From IMG/VR virus record IMGVR_UViG_3300005529_000023, positions 64,001 to 128,000 of that record: a stretch of DNA of 64,000 nucleotides; one strand, given 5' to 3'. Shown here in pieces: positions 62,500-64,000 of this stretch. Position numbers and translations under genes: made by a program. Numbering within the stretch: the stretch's first letter is position 1; each line of letters begins with the position of its first letter. This DNA is from a virus. Below the pieces are notes generated by a model. It saw only the letters and a program-made list of their open reading frames with translations. It searched no databases and was not told the origin of the DNA.

Positions 62500-63897
62500 A
62501 TGATTGAACAACTTCAGTCACTAATGAAAGCTCTCGAAGCAGGTAGTTATAACGCTGCTCCAGGGCAACTTGCACAGGGCGCTGCCTTGATGGTTGAGGA
62601 TCTCTCGGCCGTCATGCAGAACGTCACATTTGATGACTCTCACATTAAGCTTCAGAAGATTCTTCCAAGCAAAGATGTGAAGTCTCAGCTACACCAATTC
62701 AACCGTCAGCTAGACTACGGTATCTTCGGTGGTTCCGCTCAGTTTGAAGGCGGAATCGGCGAAGAAGACACGAGCAACTACGTTCGTGCAGTAGTGCCTA
62801 TGGCATACTACAGCACGACTCGTCGTGTCACCGTTGCTGCTAACATGATCGGTGCATTCGACGGCGTTAAAGCCGAAGATCGCGCCGCTGCAGATGCAGC
62901 AATGAAGCTCGCGGGCGACATCGAATTTGACTGCTTCCGTGGTCAGAGCGATTTCTCGAACGCAGGTGTTTTCGATGGTAACCCTCTTGCCGTCGCAAAG
63001 CTTCCTAACATGATCGGTGTGGACCAACAGGTTCGTCAGTCCGATGCTCAACAGAACACTCAAGACCTGATGTTCGCTGAGTTCGGTTCTGATCAGACTG
63101 TTGTTCTCTCGGCAGGTGGAACTCTAACCCAGTCCATCATCGAGGACTCGTCTGTCCGTTCTGCAATGAACATGGGCGCTGCTGACCGTCTAATCCTAGA
63201 TCCAATCAGCCTCTCGGCCTATAACAAGATCGCGCACGCTAAGGAACGCATCATGCTCGCTGGCTCAGCCCAGGAAGCAACCGGCGCTCACCTTCGCACT
63301 CAGTGGACTTCCAGCGCAGTTGTATCCCTAGAAGCTTCGCGCTTCCTATCGGGTAAGACTCGCCCAGCTCGTCCACGTACCGGATCTCCATCGGCTCCTA
63401 CTGTCAGCCCAGCTGACGGTGGCGCAGCTGGATCGCTACTCCAGACAGGAACGTACACGTACTTCGTTACTTCCTGCTCGATGCGTGGCGAGTCGCTACC
63501 TTCGGCTTCTGCTTCGCAGGCAGTTACCGCAGGCGACAAGGTTGTTCTAACGATCACTGGTGCAGGCGCATACTTCAACGTCTATCGTTCGGACGTTGGT
63601 GGATCGGCCGCTTCGGCTAAGTTCATCGGCAAGGTCGCAGTCAATGCGGCTGGCACTGGTGCAACCTTCACCGACCTCGGCAATCGCCAGCCTGGTTCTG
63701 TCACTGGATTCCTAATCCAGGGCAACACTCTCGGCCTAGCTCAGCTTGCTCCTTACAGCAAGTTGAAGCTTGCGATCAGCGACCTCAGCTTGCCAGAAGC
63801 GCACTTCCGCTTCCTTTCGTTGGCTGCTTACCAGCCACGTAAGAACGTTCTCGTTGAGAACATCACTGGCCAGCTAAGCGCTAACTCTCAGAGCTAA
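62500..63897 (+). CDS. Major capsid protein (Herelleviridae/SPO1-like, with beta-sandwich insertion)
   Basis: LMKALEAG...GAALMVEDL N-terminus, FEGGIG, insertion APTVS...TYTYFVTS...GES; followed by a strong terminator. Confidence 0.88.
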   Translation: MIEQLQSLMKALEAGSYNAAPGQLAQGAALMVEDLSAVMQNVTFDDSHIKLQKILPSKDVKSQLHQFNRQLDYGIFGGSAQFEGGIGEEDTSNYVRAVVPMAYYSTTRRVTVAANMIGAFDGVKAEDRAAADAAMKLAGDIEFDCFRGQSDFSNAGVFDGNPLAVAKLPNMIGVDQQVRQSDAQQNTQDLMFAEFGSDQTVVLSAGGTLTQSIIEDSSVRSAMNMGAADRLILDPISLSAYNKIAHAKERIMLAGSAQEATGAHLRTQWTSSAVVSLEASRFLSGKTRPARPRTGSPSAPTVSPADGGAAGSLLQTGTYTYFVTSCSMRGESLPSASASQAVTAGDKVVLTITGAGAYFNVYRSDVGGSAASAKFIGKVAVNAAGTGATFTDLGNRQPGSVTGFLIQGNTLGLAQLAPYSKLKLAISDLSLPEAHFRFLSLAAYQPRKNVLVENITGQLSANSQS

Positions 63898-63920
63898 TCT
63901 GATAGTGACTTAAAATATTG

Positions 63921-63953
63921 AAGGCTCGGTACCGATGGTACCGGGCCTTTTTT
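63921..63953 (+). terminator. Rho-independent terminator after MCP
   Basis: AAGGCTCGGTACC-GAT-GGTACCGGGCCTT followed by TTTT. Confidence 0.9.
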
Positions 63954-63956
63954 ATT

Positions 63957-63973
63957 TGTGATATATCCTTGTT
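63957..63973 (+). promoter_or_regulatory. Extended -10 promoter, 6 nt before ATG 63974
   Basis: TG-TG-A-TATATC-CTTGTT-ATG. Confidence 0.5.
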
Positions 63974-64000
63974 ATGTATATCCAAGGACTATCGATTGAT
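63974..64000 (+). CDS. Start of a gene running off the window (MYIQGLSID...)
   Basis: ATG at the leaderless position; open to the window end. Confidence 0.4.

Noticed and set aside
1-64000. Alternative genetic code / stop-codon recoding, as in some large phages
   Set aside because: Long conserved genes are uninterrupted in code 11, and TAA, TAG and TGA all terminate genes at sensible positions.

Overview
This is a 64-kb slice of a large, probably lytic, tailed dsDNA phage genome in standard genetic code 11. No integrase, CRISPR array or IS element was seen. Positions 1-33.4 kb (minus strand) carry replication, recombination and transcription genes: AEP-type primase, DnaB-like helicase, RecA/UvsX, gp32-like SSB, DnaE polymerase, DnaQ-like exonuclease, RNase H, RuvC, SbcC/SbcD, an SF2 helicase and a sigma factor. 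They are mixed with proteostasis genes: two ClpP-like proteases, a ClpX zinc-finger protein, an S8 protease, a GGQ release-factor-like protein and a divergent GroES. Positions 33.5-43 kb (plus strand) carry GroEL, large terminase, a GIY-YIG homing endonuclease, portal and Mu-F. Positions 43-58.5 kb are a minus-strand accessory island. It holds tRNAs and unclassified structured RNAs, an operon of ABC transporter, OmpA-fused binding protein and membrane-anchored PspA/ESCRT-III-like protein, DNA ligase, a 2OG oxygenase, an M15 endolysin, and NADAR plus Prs-like and NAMPT-like genes (NARP1-like NAD+ reconstitution). Positions 58.8-64 kb carry the prohead protease, an HNH gene, scaffold and a Herelleviridae/SPO1-type major capsid protein. 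The most striking observations are: the phage-borne PspA/OmpA/ABC envelope module; a sigma factor truncated before region 4.2 with a separate sigma4.2-like mini-protein and a candidate AATCTT late promoter; a fixed promoter geometry implying leaderless mRNAs and leaderless tRNAs; and a 151-nt tRNA-shaped RNA with a giant extra arm. All family calls come from motif recognition by eye; no database searches were run. The host is unknown, although the OmpA-like domain suggests a diderm.
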